DNA from: Candidatus Hodarchaeota archaeon
Lineage (GTDB): Archaea; Asgardarchaeota; Lokiarchaeia; Sigyniarchaeales; SOKP01
Direction of reading: 5' to 3'
NCBI GenBank assembly: GCA_048887225.1
Contig: JBHLJY010000029.1
Coordinates: forward strand, 1 to 25,175
DNA length: 25,175 nucleotides
Of the stretch, positions 1-7,668 are shown piece by piece; within the stretch, counting starts at the first letter, position 1; the number at the start of each line of letters is the position of its first letter. The position numbers were made by a program, and so were the translations under genes. Under the pieces are notes generated by a model. It worked only from the letters and a program-made list of their open reading frames with translations, did no database searches and was not told the DNA's origin.

Positions 1-2
1 AG

Positions 3-338
3 GAACATCTTAAGGTTAAGAAAAGAGAAGCAGCTCTAATTGCTAACTTGTATAAATCAAAATTAGATAAAGAGAAAATTGAAAAGGAATATGATTTAGA
101 GGTTGCACAAAAGAAAGTTTCTAACATGGTTGACGAAGCTATTAAAATAGCAAGAGAATATGAATTTGCTATCCGAAGAGGTTTACAGTCTGAAGACCAA
201 AGCACCTATTTAAGAGTAATCGAAATTTTTAAAAAAGTTAGAACAATGGTTTTAGAACATGGACTAAAAGACCAAGCTGAGATATATACTAAACAAATTC
301 AATTGTATCAAAATAAACTAAAATCTATGAATAAATGA
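3..338 (+). CDS. 3' end of a helical-repeat protein (5'-truncated by window), paralogous to the downstream 1474-aa protein
   Basis: The frame is open from position 3 (EHLKVKKREAALIANLYK...), so the TTG at 48 is probably not the start. The segment VSNMVDEAIKIAREYEFAIRRG...YLRVIEIFKKVRTMVLEHGLKDQAEIYTKQIQLYQNKL matches the repeat unit of the next gene. Its stop overlaps the next start (ATGA, 335-338). Confidence 0.85.
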   Translation, partial: EHLKVKKREAALIANLYKSKLDKEKIEKEYDLEVAQKKVSNMVDEAIKIAREYEFAIRRGLQSEDQSTYLRVIEIFKKVRTMVLEHGLKDQAEIYTKQIQLYQNKLKSMNK

Positions 339-3300
339 GCAAGATGGACGAAAATATTAATAAAAAGGAAAAAAACAACGAGGATTTCGATAATGAAGAA
401 CTGAAACGCCCCAAAGATGATTTTTTCGCCGATTTAATTGAAATGGATGATGAAGTCACCACCGAGGCCCTTGAGCTCGTTGAACATGCTTCATCTTTAA
501 TTGATTCGCAATTCTTTGATGATGCGATCGAAATTCTGCGTAAAGCTATTGCTTTATATAGCGAAATCGGTAGGGATGATGAGATTGATACAATAAACCA
601 AAAAATTTCAGAAATATATATTTTGAAAGAACAGGCATTTAGAGAAGGTGAATTTGAACCTATCAAAATTCCAGAAGAATTAAGAACGCAATACATTGAT
701 AATGAGCAATTAGTAGAAAAAATTGAAGAGGATTTGTCCCAAATAGCAGAAAAATTAATTGAAGAAGCAAATAAATTATTAGAAATTGATGAATTTGACG
801 AGGCGATTGAGAAATATGACGAAGTTATTAAGATATTTCAAAAAGAGAAAAAAGAATCTGAAATTGAAAAAATATATGAATTAATAGATAAATGTTACGA
901 TGCGAAAGCTGAATTTCTAAAAAGACCTAAAGTAGATTTAGAGATCCAAGAAACCTCAAAAATGGAAGAACCTGCTAAATTAAAGGACGAACTTAAAGAA
1001 AAAGAAAAAGCTAAAAGAATTGCTGAAATTGAAAAGAAAAAGCAAGATGAAGAGGATTTTCGAAAAAAAATTTCATATATGACAACTGAAGCTGAGAAAA
1101 TGGAAAGAGAATACGAGCTTAGTATTAAAAAAGGTAATTTTGATTTAGAGCCTCCATTCAATAAAATTATAGAAATTTATAAGAATATTCAGAGTATGCT
1201 TCTCGAAAGGGAATGGAAAGAGGAAGCTAATATATATTTTAATCAAATTAAATTAATTAAACAAAAATTAGAAAAAGATAAAAAACTACGAGAGGTTGAA
1301 GCTCAGAAAAGAGAACGGGATAAAGAATATTTAGAATCTTTTAAAATTAAGAAAATCGAAGGTGAGGATTTAGATAGATTAAAAGCTGTTGAAACAAAAC
1401 GCAGAGTAGACGAAAGGTTTCAACAACAAATCGATAAGATGGTTGGCGAGGCTGAAAAATTAGATAGGAAATATGAATTAGAAATTAGAAGAGGGAATTT
1501 TGACACAGAACCTCCTTTTGAAAATGTTATCAAGATTTACGAGGATGTAAGAGAATTGCTTCTTGAAAAAGGTTGGAAAGATCAAGCTAACTTGTATTGG
1601 AACCAAATAAAATTAGTTAAAGATAAATTAGAAAATGATAAGAGATTGAGAAAAATCGAAGCTCAGAAAATTCAAAAACAAAAACAATATGAAGAAATGA
1701 TAAAGACAAAAAAAGAAGATAAAATATTAAAAGCAGATCTAGAAGAATTAAAGGAAATTGAGACACGTTATCAAAAAGAATTAGAGGACGAAAATTTCGA
1801 AAATAGAATAACTAGCTTAGTTGATAAAGCGGATAATATGGTTAGAAAATACGAATTAGGCATTAGGTATGGCCAATTTTTTCAAGAATGTGTATATCCA
1901 ACGGTTATTAATATTTACAAAGAAATAAGAAAAATGCTGTTAATGAAGGGCTGGAAGGACGAGGCACAGATCTATTACAATCAGATAAAACTTTACGAAG
2001 ATAAGTTGGAACAAGATAAAAAATTAAGGGAAATTGAAGCTCAAAAAAGAGAACGAGATATGGCATATCTAAAATCGCTAAAAACTGCCAAAGAAGTAAG
2101 TATTGATTTAGAAAAAATGAAAACAATTGAAGTAAAATATAAAGAAGATGAGATTTTTCAACAAAAAATTAATGATATGGTTACTAAGGCCCAAAGAACT
2201 CTAAAAGAATATGAATTAGAGATTAGAAAGGGTAATTTTGATACCAAATCTCCATTTAAAGAAACTATTGAGATATATTCCGATGTTCACAAAATGCTTA
2301 TTAAAAGAGGTTGGGTTGATCAGGCTAAAGTTTATTTAAATCAAATTGAATTAATTAAACAAAAACAAGAAAAAGACAGAAAATTAAGAGAAATCGAAGC
2401 TCAAAAAATACAAAAACAAATGGAATTCGAAGCACAACTAAAAGTTAAAAAAGGAGTTAAAGGACTTGAATTTCAAAAGTTAAAAGAGCTTGAAATTAAA
2501 AAAGGTGAGGGAGATATCTTAATAGATAAAGCTTTCAGTTTCATTGAGGAAGCTGAAAGGATAGTAAAAGACTATGGATTCAAAATAAAAACGGGTATAT
2601 TGTTTTATAAAAATCCCTACGATAAAGTTATATCGTTGTATAAAGAAGCGAGAAAAATATTTTTAGAAAATAATTGGGAAACTGAAGCTTCTCGTTTAAT
2701 TAGTACCATCAAATTTTATAAAGATAAACAGAAGAAAGACGAAAATTTACGTGCTTTGGAAGTAAATAGATTAGCTAAAGCAAAAGAAAAGCCTGAGGCT
2801 CCTATAATCAAGCCGAAAAAGAGGATTTTAGAAAAAGAGGAAATGATTTCAGAATTTGAAAAAGAGAAAAAAAAAAGAGAGGAATTATCGAGTGAAGCAT
2901 TTGAAATGATCGATAAGGCAGAAAAATTAGTGAAAGTTTATGAATTTAATCTAAAGGAGGGTCTCTTTTTAGATTGCCCCTACGAGCAAGTCATTGATAT
3001 TTATAGAAAAGCAAGAAAGAGATTTGAGGAAATCGGTTGGGAAGAGCAATCAGCTAATTTAATAAACACAATTAACCATTATAAAGAAAAATTAGAAGCA
3101 GATAAAAAATTAAGAACATTAGAGAAGGAAAAAATTGAAAAACAAAAGAAGGAATTAGAGGAGCGCCAAAAATTAGCAGAGAAAGCCAGAAAGAAAAAAG
3201 AAGTGATGCTTAAACAAAGAGAAAGGGCCTTATTGGTAAAAAGTAAAGAAATATCCCCGTTTGAAACTCAAAAAGATCACGCCTTTAGACTCATGGATCA

Positions 3301-4759
3301 AGCTAAATATCAATTTAATATGAACAATTTTGACCTTGCGATTGAATTATATAAAGAAAGCGAAAATATTTTCTCAAAAATAAATTGGCCAGCAGGTATT
3401 AGAATGATTAAAGACTCAATTCAATTAATTTCTAAGAAAAAAGAAGAATTTGGACTTAGACAGAAAGTTATTGAAGAAAAAGAATCTGAAGCGTTAATTT
3501 CAGAAAAAAAATTGGGAGAAAAAATAGCTGAGTCTCAGGATTTACTGAAATTGCAACAAGAACGGAAGAGAAAAGAATTATTAAGAATTCAAGAACAGAA
3601 AGCAAAAGAAAAGGAAGCTTCAGATAGAGCATACGATTTACTTGAACAAGGAACAAGGCTATTAAATCTTAAAAAATTCGACGAAGCATACGAAAAATAT
3701 ATCTTGGCTCGCAATATTTTTACTCAAATTGGATGGGTTCATGAAGTTAGCCGTATTAACAATGATCTCTTGCTTAAACTTAAAAAAGACGAAAAGATGA
3801 GTAAAAAACAAGAAGAGTATAAAATAAAGAAAATACAAGAAGAAAAAGAAATTGAAACTCTGTTAAAAGAAGCAGAGATACAAAAGGAGGAGCTTAAAAA
3901 GGTTAAGGAAAAAGAAAAGCGTGAGAAATTGTTTAAAATTCAGATTTCCGATAAAATTAGGGGAAGAATAAAAGATAAACTAAATGAAGCAAATATTGAA
4001 ATTATTAAATTCAAATATAATGAAGGGATATTGATCCTCAAAAATGTTATTGAAATGATGGAAAAATTAGGCTGGAAAAAGGAAATCGAAGATGTAAATG
4101 AACAAATCCAAGTAATAAAAACAAAGAGCCAAGTCCCTCTTGTTGTTTTGGAGGAATTTGATGCTAATGAGAATATGCAAAAAATAAAATCTGCATACGA
4201 GGCATTAGATAAAGCACAAATGTCGGTGTTAAAAGATCGCTTTATGAAAGCTATTTCGGAATTAAATGAAGCAAAATTCAACCTTTCTGAAACTAAAATA
4301 AGAAAGAAATTCATACAAGAAATCGAAGCCAAAATTGAATCTTTCAAAAAAGAAGTTGACAAGAGAATAAAAGTTAAATCAGTGCGGGAAGCTAAAAAAA
4401 TCGGAGAAAAAGAAGCTGCGAAACTTACAGCTGAAAAAGCATATAATTTTATGGACAAATGCAAAAAAGCAGAGAGGCGAAATAGATTTGAAAAGGCAAT
4501 AGAATGTGCTATGGAAGCTAAAAATATTTTTTCTGAAATGGGTCCAGAGTGGATTAAAGAACAAGAGACAATAGATAAATACATAGACTCTTTAAAAAGC
4601 AAAAAGATAGAAAGAGAGCAGTTGTTTAAGCGTAAAAAAGAAGAAATTGAGAAAAAAGAACAATCTTTAAAGAAAGAAGAACAAGATTTCAAGGCAAGAA
4701 TAGCCGCCAGAAGAGAAGAAAGACGTAATAGGATTAAGGAATTAATGAAAAAAAAATAA
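335..4759 (+). CDS. Giant (1474 aa) K/E-rich helical repeat/coiled-coil protein with ~13 MIT/TPR-like three-helix units; function unknown
   Basis: Long ORF with a recurring pattern A-x-x-(L/M)-(I/V)-x-x-A ... (F/Y)-x-x-(A/V)-I-x-(L/I)-Y ... (F/L)-x-x-x-(G/N)-W ... I-x-x-(I/Y)-K, separated by charged coiled-coil linkers. No Walker motifs or transmembrane segments are visible. Confidence 0.85.
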   Translation: MSKMDENINKKEKNNEDFDNEELKRPKDDFFADLIEMDDEVTTEALELVEHASSLIDSQFFDDAIEILRKAIALYSEIGRDDEIDTINQKISEIYILKEQAFREGEFEPIKIPEELRTQYIDNEQLVEKIEEDLSQIAEKLIEEANKLLEIDEFDEAIEKYDEVIKIFQKEKKESEIEKIYELIDKCYDAKAEFLKRPKVDLEIQETSKMEEPAKLKDELKEKEKAKRIAEIEKKKQDEEDFRKKISYMTTEAEKMEREYELSIKKGNFDLEPPFNKIIEIYKNIQSMLLEREWKEEANIYFNQIKLIKQKLEKDKKLREVEAQKRERDKEYLESFKIKKIEGEDLDRLKAVETKRRVDERFQQQIDKMVGEAEKLDRKYELEIRRGNFDTEPPFENVIKIYEDVRELLLEKGWKDQANLYWNQIKLVKDKLENDKRLRKIEAQKIQKQKQYEEMIKTKKEDKILKADLEELKEIETRYQKELEDENFENRITSLVDKADNMVRKYELGIRYGQFFQECVYPTVINIYKEIRKMLLMKGWKDEAQIYYNQIKLYEDKLEQDKKLREIEAQKRERDMAYLKSLKTAKEVSIDLEKMKTIEVKYKEDEIFQQKINDMVTKAQRTLKEYELEIRKGNFDTKSPFKETIEIYSDVHKMLIKRGWVDQAKVYLNQIELIKQKQEKDRKLREIEAQKIQKQMEFEAQLKVKKGVKGLEFQKLKELEIKKGEGDILIDKAFSFIEEAERIVKDYGFKIKTGILFYKNPYDKVISLYKEARKIFLENNWETEASRLISTIKFYKDKQKKDENLRALEVNRLAKAKEKPEAPIIKPKKRILEKEEMISEFEKEKKKREELSSEAFEMIDKAEKLVKVYEFNLKEGLFLDCPYEQVIDIYRKARKRFEEIGWEEQSANLINTINHYKEKLEADKKLRTLEKEKIEKQKKELEERQKLAEKARKKKEVMLKQRERALLVKSKEISPFETQKDHAFRLMDQAKYQFNMNNFDLAIELYKESENIFSKINWPAGIRMIKDSIQLISKKKEEFGLRQKVIEEKESEALISEKKLGEKIAESQDLLKLQQERKRKELLRIQEQKAKEKEASDRAYDLLEQGTRLLNLKKFDEAYEKYILARNIFTQIGWVHEVSRINNDLLLKLKKDEKMSKKQEEYKIKKIQEEKEIETLLKEAEIQKEELKKVKEKEKREKLFKIQISDKIRGRIKDKLNEANIEIIKFKYNEGILILKNVIEMMEKLGWKKEIEDVNEQIQVIKTKSQVPLVVLEEFDANENMQKIKSAYEALDKAQMSVLKDRFMKAISELNEAKFNLSETKIRKKFIQEIEAKIESFKKEVDKRIKVKSVREAKKIGEKEAAKLTAEKAYNFMDKCKKAERRNRFEKAIECAMEAKNIFSEMGPEWIKEQETIDKYIDSLKSKKIEREQLFKRKKEEIEKKEQSLKKEEQDFKARIAARREERRNRIKELMKKK
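1052..3150 (+). repeat. Six ~120-126-aa intragenic tandem repeat units (first four most conserved)
   Basis: The Ala codon of the EAQK anchor recurs at 1301, 1661, 2039 and 2399 (spacing 360/378/360 nt). The motifs YEL.I..G.F, GW...A..Y.NQI.L and KDKKLRE.EAQK repeat. Boundaries are approximate. Confidence 0.85.
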
Positions 4760-4770
4760 AAAAAAGATTC

Positions 4771-5004
4771 TTATATTAACAATTTTTCTCGTAATTCGCT
4801 TTCTATTTGAGGCTCGATTGTTCCTGGGCTAATATTTTTTCTAACTGATTCTTCAATTAAATATTCTGTTTTAATGAGATCCCTTATCCCAACTCTAATT
4901 GCTTCACTTCTATTTGGGAACTTTCCATCCGCAACTAATAATTCTAAGACTTTAATATAAGCCTCTGGCAGATTTACCGATATTAATTTAATTTTTATCA
5001 CCAT
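4771..5004 (-). CDS. Ribbon-helix-helix (CopG/Arc/MetJ) transcriptional regulator, CdrS-like
   Basis: KLISVNLP beta-strand followed by helix-helix with the G.FPNRSEAIR..IRDL signature typical of archaeal RHH proteins, including CdrS. The true start may be ATT at 4992 (see findings). Confidence 0.85.
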   Translation of the reverse strand: MVIKIKLISVNLPEAYIKVLELLVADGKFPNRSEAIRVGIRDLIKTEYLIEESVRKNISPGTIEPQIESELREKLLI

Positions 5005-5195
5005 TTAATATGTATTTAGGCTATTGATTTATTTTACAATATTATTATTGTGGAGGTGATATTTAAGCGTTTCAATGGAAACCGACCCCAAGAAATCCGA
5101 CAAAATAAATTAAAAAAATATAAATAACATCTATATTATGCATATACCAAAGATGTAACATATATCGCAAAAAAAAAAATATTAAATTTCCAATA

Positions 5196-5203
5196 AAGGT
5201 GAT
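5196..5203 (+). promoter_or_regulatory. Shine-Dalgarno AAGGTGAT preceding in-frame ATA at 5209
   Basis: Strong match to the archaeal anti-SD. An in-frame stop at 5203-5205 bounds the ORF. Confidence 0.6.
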
Positions 5204-5268
5204 AAAAAATAGCTGACATCAAAGCTCAATTAAAAGAGCATCTTCAAAATGGAAAAGATTGGGAAAAA

Positions 5269-5532
5269 ATGGAAACTCCTATTGATGGAGTGTATGTCGT
5301 GAAGGTTCCTGCTACTAAGATCCGCCCTTCCTTATTGTTTTTAGAAATAAATCCATTAAGAGATGACGGAAAACCCATGAAGAAAAGAGGCCTTTTTGTT
5401 GGAGATAGAGAAATGCTCATAAAATTTAGCGAAACTTTAAGCGATGATAAAGTTTATCAATTAATTGGCGAGTTAGAACAAGTTAATCCTGAGGTAAAAG
5501 GGGCAGGATTGACTAAGAAGTTGAAAATGTAA
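5269..5532 (+). CDS. Conserved-looking small archaeal hypothetical protein, possibly PC4/Sub1-like ssDNA-binding fold
   Basis: Beta-rich GVYVVKVP...LFLEINP..DGKPMKKRGLFV followed by helices. The frame is open upstream to an ATA at 5209 preceded by AAGGTGAT, so the protein is probably ~107 aa. The fold call is inference. Confidence 0.7.
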   Translation: METPIDGVYVVKVPATKIRPSLLFLEINPLRDDGKPMKKRGLFVGDREMLIKFSETLSDDKVYQLIGELEQVNPEVKGAGLTKKLKM

Positions 5533-5680
5533 TTCTAAATGTGTATTGATTTAATTTTTTCTTTTGAAAATCTTTATTTTCGAAAAAAAAAATTTTTAAT
5601 TACATTTACATAATTTATTACATATACAAACAAACTATAAGTCGTAATAAATTTCCTTAGAAAAAAATAGGTGGACATAT

Positions 5681-5950
5681 TTGGCTGAAAAAATTTGTTC
5701 AGAATGTGGTGGAAAATCGTTTAGAGTTGTCAATGATGAGTGGATGAAAAGAACTTTTAGGTTCGTTGAAAACGGCACCCTTGAAATGTGTGATGGATGT
5801 GGAGCTAAATTTCTTGTATGTGAAGAATGTGATGGTCTTTATACTCGAGTACATCCAGCACTTGAAGCTTGGGAAGTTTCAAAACAATGCCCATCGTGCG
5901 GTCATGTAGATCCTGAAGTCAAGGCTTGGGATGGAGTATCAGCGAGATAA
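5681..5950 (+). CDS. Small double zinc-ribbon protein (4 CxxC)
   Basis: CSEC, CDGC, CEEC and CPSC motifs. TTG start preceded by the SD-like AGGTGG at 5669-5674. Confidence 0.8.
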   Translation: MAEKICSECGGKSFRVVNDEWMKRTFRFVENGTLEMCDGCGAKFLVCEECDGLYTRVHPALEAWEVSKQCPSCGHVDPEVKAWDGVSAR

Positions 5951-5951
5951 A

Positions 5952-5981
5952 TATTTTTTTAATTTATTTCTTTAATTTTTT
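5952..5981 (+). terminator. Oligo-T archaeal terminator candidate after the zinc-ribbon gene
   Basis: T-runs directly after the stop codon. Confidence 0.45.
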
Positions 5982-6190
5982 AAATTCTGAATTTAGGATT
6001 AAATAAAATAAAACTTAATATTAATTTCTCGCTCTCTTAAAATTTTTATAAAAGAAAAATCAAAATTTATAAGAGATAATTGAATAAAAATTACATATCT
6101 TTTAGTTTAATTATTAAGTAAAGCATAAGAAAATAAAAATTAAGTTAAAAAAACGTAATTTTAATCAACAATTCGTTCTAATGGTTTATC

Positions 6191-6652
6191 ATGAATAATA
6201 TTAGAGTTGAGATTGCTTCTCCAAAGCATATAAATGCGTTAGAGAATTTTACAAGACAATTAGTAGAGGGTTTAGGCCAGAAATTTGATTCTAAGCGCTT
6301 CGATTGGGGAATCAGTAGAAGACTTTATGATCCACTTCAACGTCATGGAATTTTGATAGCTATTGATGAAGATACTGACGATCCAGTAGGTATGATAATA
6401 GCAGAGCTTCGAATAGATCCATTTGGTATGTCAGAAGGATATATTAAGCAGTTTTTTTTAAAGAGCAATTATAGAAAAAAAGGCATAGGACGGATTTTAT
6501 TACAAAAAGCTCTCGACCATTTGAAGAAAATCAAGGTTGAAAGAGTAAAAGTAAATATTAAAGATGAAGCTGTAGAAGCCTTAAAACTTTACGAAAAGAT
6601 GCATTTTAAGAAAATTTATGAGGTTTTAGAATTAGATCTCACAAAAGACTAA
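6191..6652 (+). CDS. GNAT family N-acetyltransferase
   Basis: Acetyl-CoA binding motif A (YRKKGIGRILL), a preceding beta-strand GYIKQFFL, and C-terminal A..LYEKMHF. Confidence 0.85.
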   Translation: MNNIRVEIASPKHINALENFTRQLVEGLGQKFDSKRFDWGISRRLYDPLQRHGILIAIDEDTDDPVGMIIAELRIDPFGMSEGYIKQFFLKSNYRKKGIGRILLQKALDHLKKIKVERVKVNIKDEAVEALKLYEKMHFKKIYEVLELDLTKD

Positions 6653-6674
6653 TTATTGAATGCTTAAGGGATAA

Positions 6675-7658
6675 ATGATGACACTTGATTTAGAGATCCC
6701 TTGGATTGAAAAATATAGGCCTCAGAGATTTGATGAGATAGTAAGTCAAAATATTGCAATAAATAGTTTAAGAGATTTTGTCAAAAAAGGTAACATGCCT
6801 CACATGATCTTTACGGGGCCCGCAGGAACAGGAAAGACAAGTACAGCTTTGATAATAGCAAAAACATTACTAGAAGGTGAAAAATACTATAGAAATCTTT
6901 TAGAATTAAATGCCTCAGACACGGTGAGAATGCAATATATAAGAGATATCCTTAAATCCTTTGTTAATTCAAGTATGATGATAGAAGAAGATTCTTTAAA
7001 AATTGTTATTTTAGATGAAGCAGATAATATTCCTGGGCAAGTTCAACAAGCACTTAGACGAATTATGGAACGGTCTTCAAGAAATGTAAAATTCATTTTA
7101 TTATGTAATTATATAAATCGAATAATAGATCCAATTATTTCTAGATGCGCAGTATTTCGATTCGTTAACCTTCCTAAGGAGAAAATTGTGGAAAGATTGA
7201 AATATATCGCAAAGCAAGAAAACTTGCCAATTCCAAACAATAAAGTGGAGATATTCTTTGATACTCTATATTTTATCTCAGGAGGTGATTTAAGGAAAGC
7301 AATAAATACGCTACAAATGTCAGTTGCTCTTGAATTATTAGAAAATTTAGATGTCAATGAAATTCTAAAAATATCTGGATTTGTGGATCAAGAAACTTTA
7401 GAGAAGTTTATGGAGGCATTTCAATCTAAAGATTTCGAGAGTGCAAGAGAAATATTAAGTTCAATTGAAACTTTTGATAGTAGAAACTTTATCAGACAAC
7501 TTATAGATATTGTGTCAAGGATTAATTTAAAGTCTGATAAAATTCACTATTTGCGTGCGCTTTTTGGTGATATTGATTTCCGAATAAGTCAAGGTGCAGA
7601 CGAGAAAGTTCAGATATTAGCTCTAATAGCTGAGATTATAAATCAAGTAGATAAATGA
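6675..7658 (+). CDS. rfcS: Replication factor C small subunit (catalytically intact)
   Basis: PWIEKYRP, Walker A GPAGTGKT, ELNASD, Walker B ILDEAD, QQALRR, sensor-1 CN, SRC arginine finger, sensor-2 GDLR. No intein. Confidence 0.95.
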   Translation: MMTLDLEIPWIEKYRPQRFDEIVSQNIAINSLRDFVKKGNMPHMIFTGPAGTGKTSTALIIAKTLLEGEKYYRNLLELNASDTVRMQYIRDILKSFVNSSMMIEEDSLKIVILDEADNIPGQVQQALRRIMERSSRNVKFILLCNYINRIIDPIISRCAVFRFVNLPKEKIVERLKYIAKQENLPIPNNKVEIFFDTLYFISGGDLRKAINTLQMSVALELLENLDVNEILKISGFVDQETLEKFMEAFQSKDFESAREILSSIETFDSRNFIRQLIDIVSRINLKSDKIHYLRALFGDIDFRISQGADEKVQILALIAEIINQVDK

Positions 7659-7668
7659 GGATAAAAAC

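Noticed and set aside
300-400. Possibility that the first ORF and the 1474-aa ORF are one frameshifted gene
   Set aside because: The ATGA stop/start overlap is a normal coupling arrangement. The second ORF begins with a distinct acidic N-terminus, and the first ends cleanly at the end of a repeat unit.
325-4692. Several minus-strand ORFs (325-696, 895-1161, 1908-2126, 3468-3656, 3940-4692, 4379-4564)
   Set aside because: S/F/L-rich antisense shadows of the K/E-rich giant gene, with no recognisable motifs.
335-4759. SMC/Rad50 or myosin-like call for the giant coiled-coil protein
   Set aside because: There is no Walker A/B, signature motif, hinge or zinc hook; the resemblance is compositional only.
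5075-5113. 12-codon ORF METDPKKSDKIN downstream of GGAGGTGAT
   Set aside because: The SD-to-ATG spacing (14 nt) is too long, and the ORF is too short to support.
4771-5532. Toxin-antitoxin pair (RHH antitoxin plus neighbour)
   Set aside because: The neighbours are divergent or convergent rather than co-transcribed, and show no PIN/RelE/ParE motifs.
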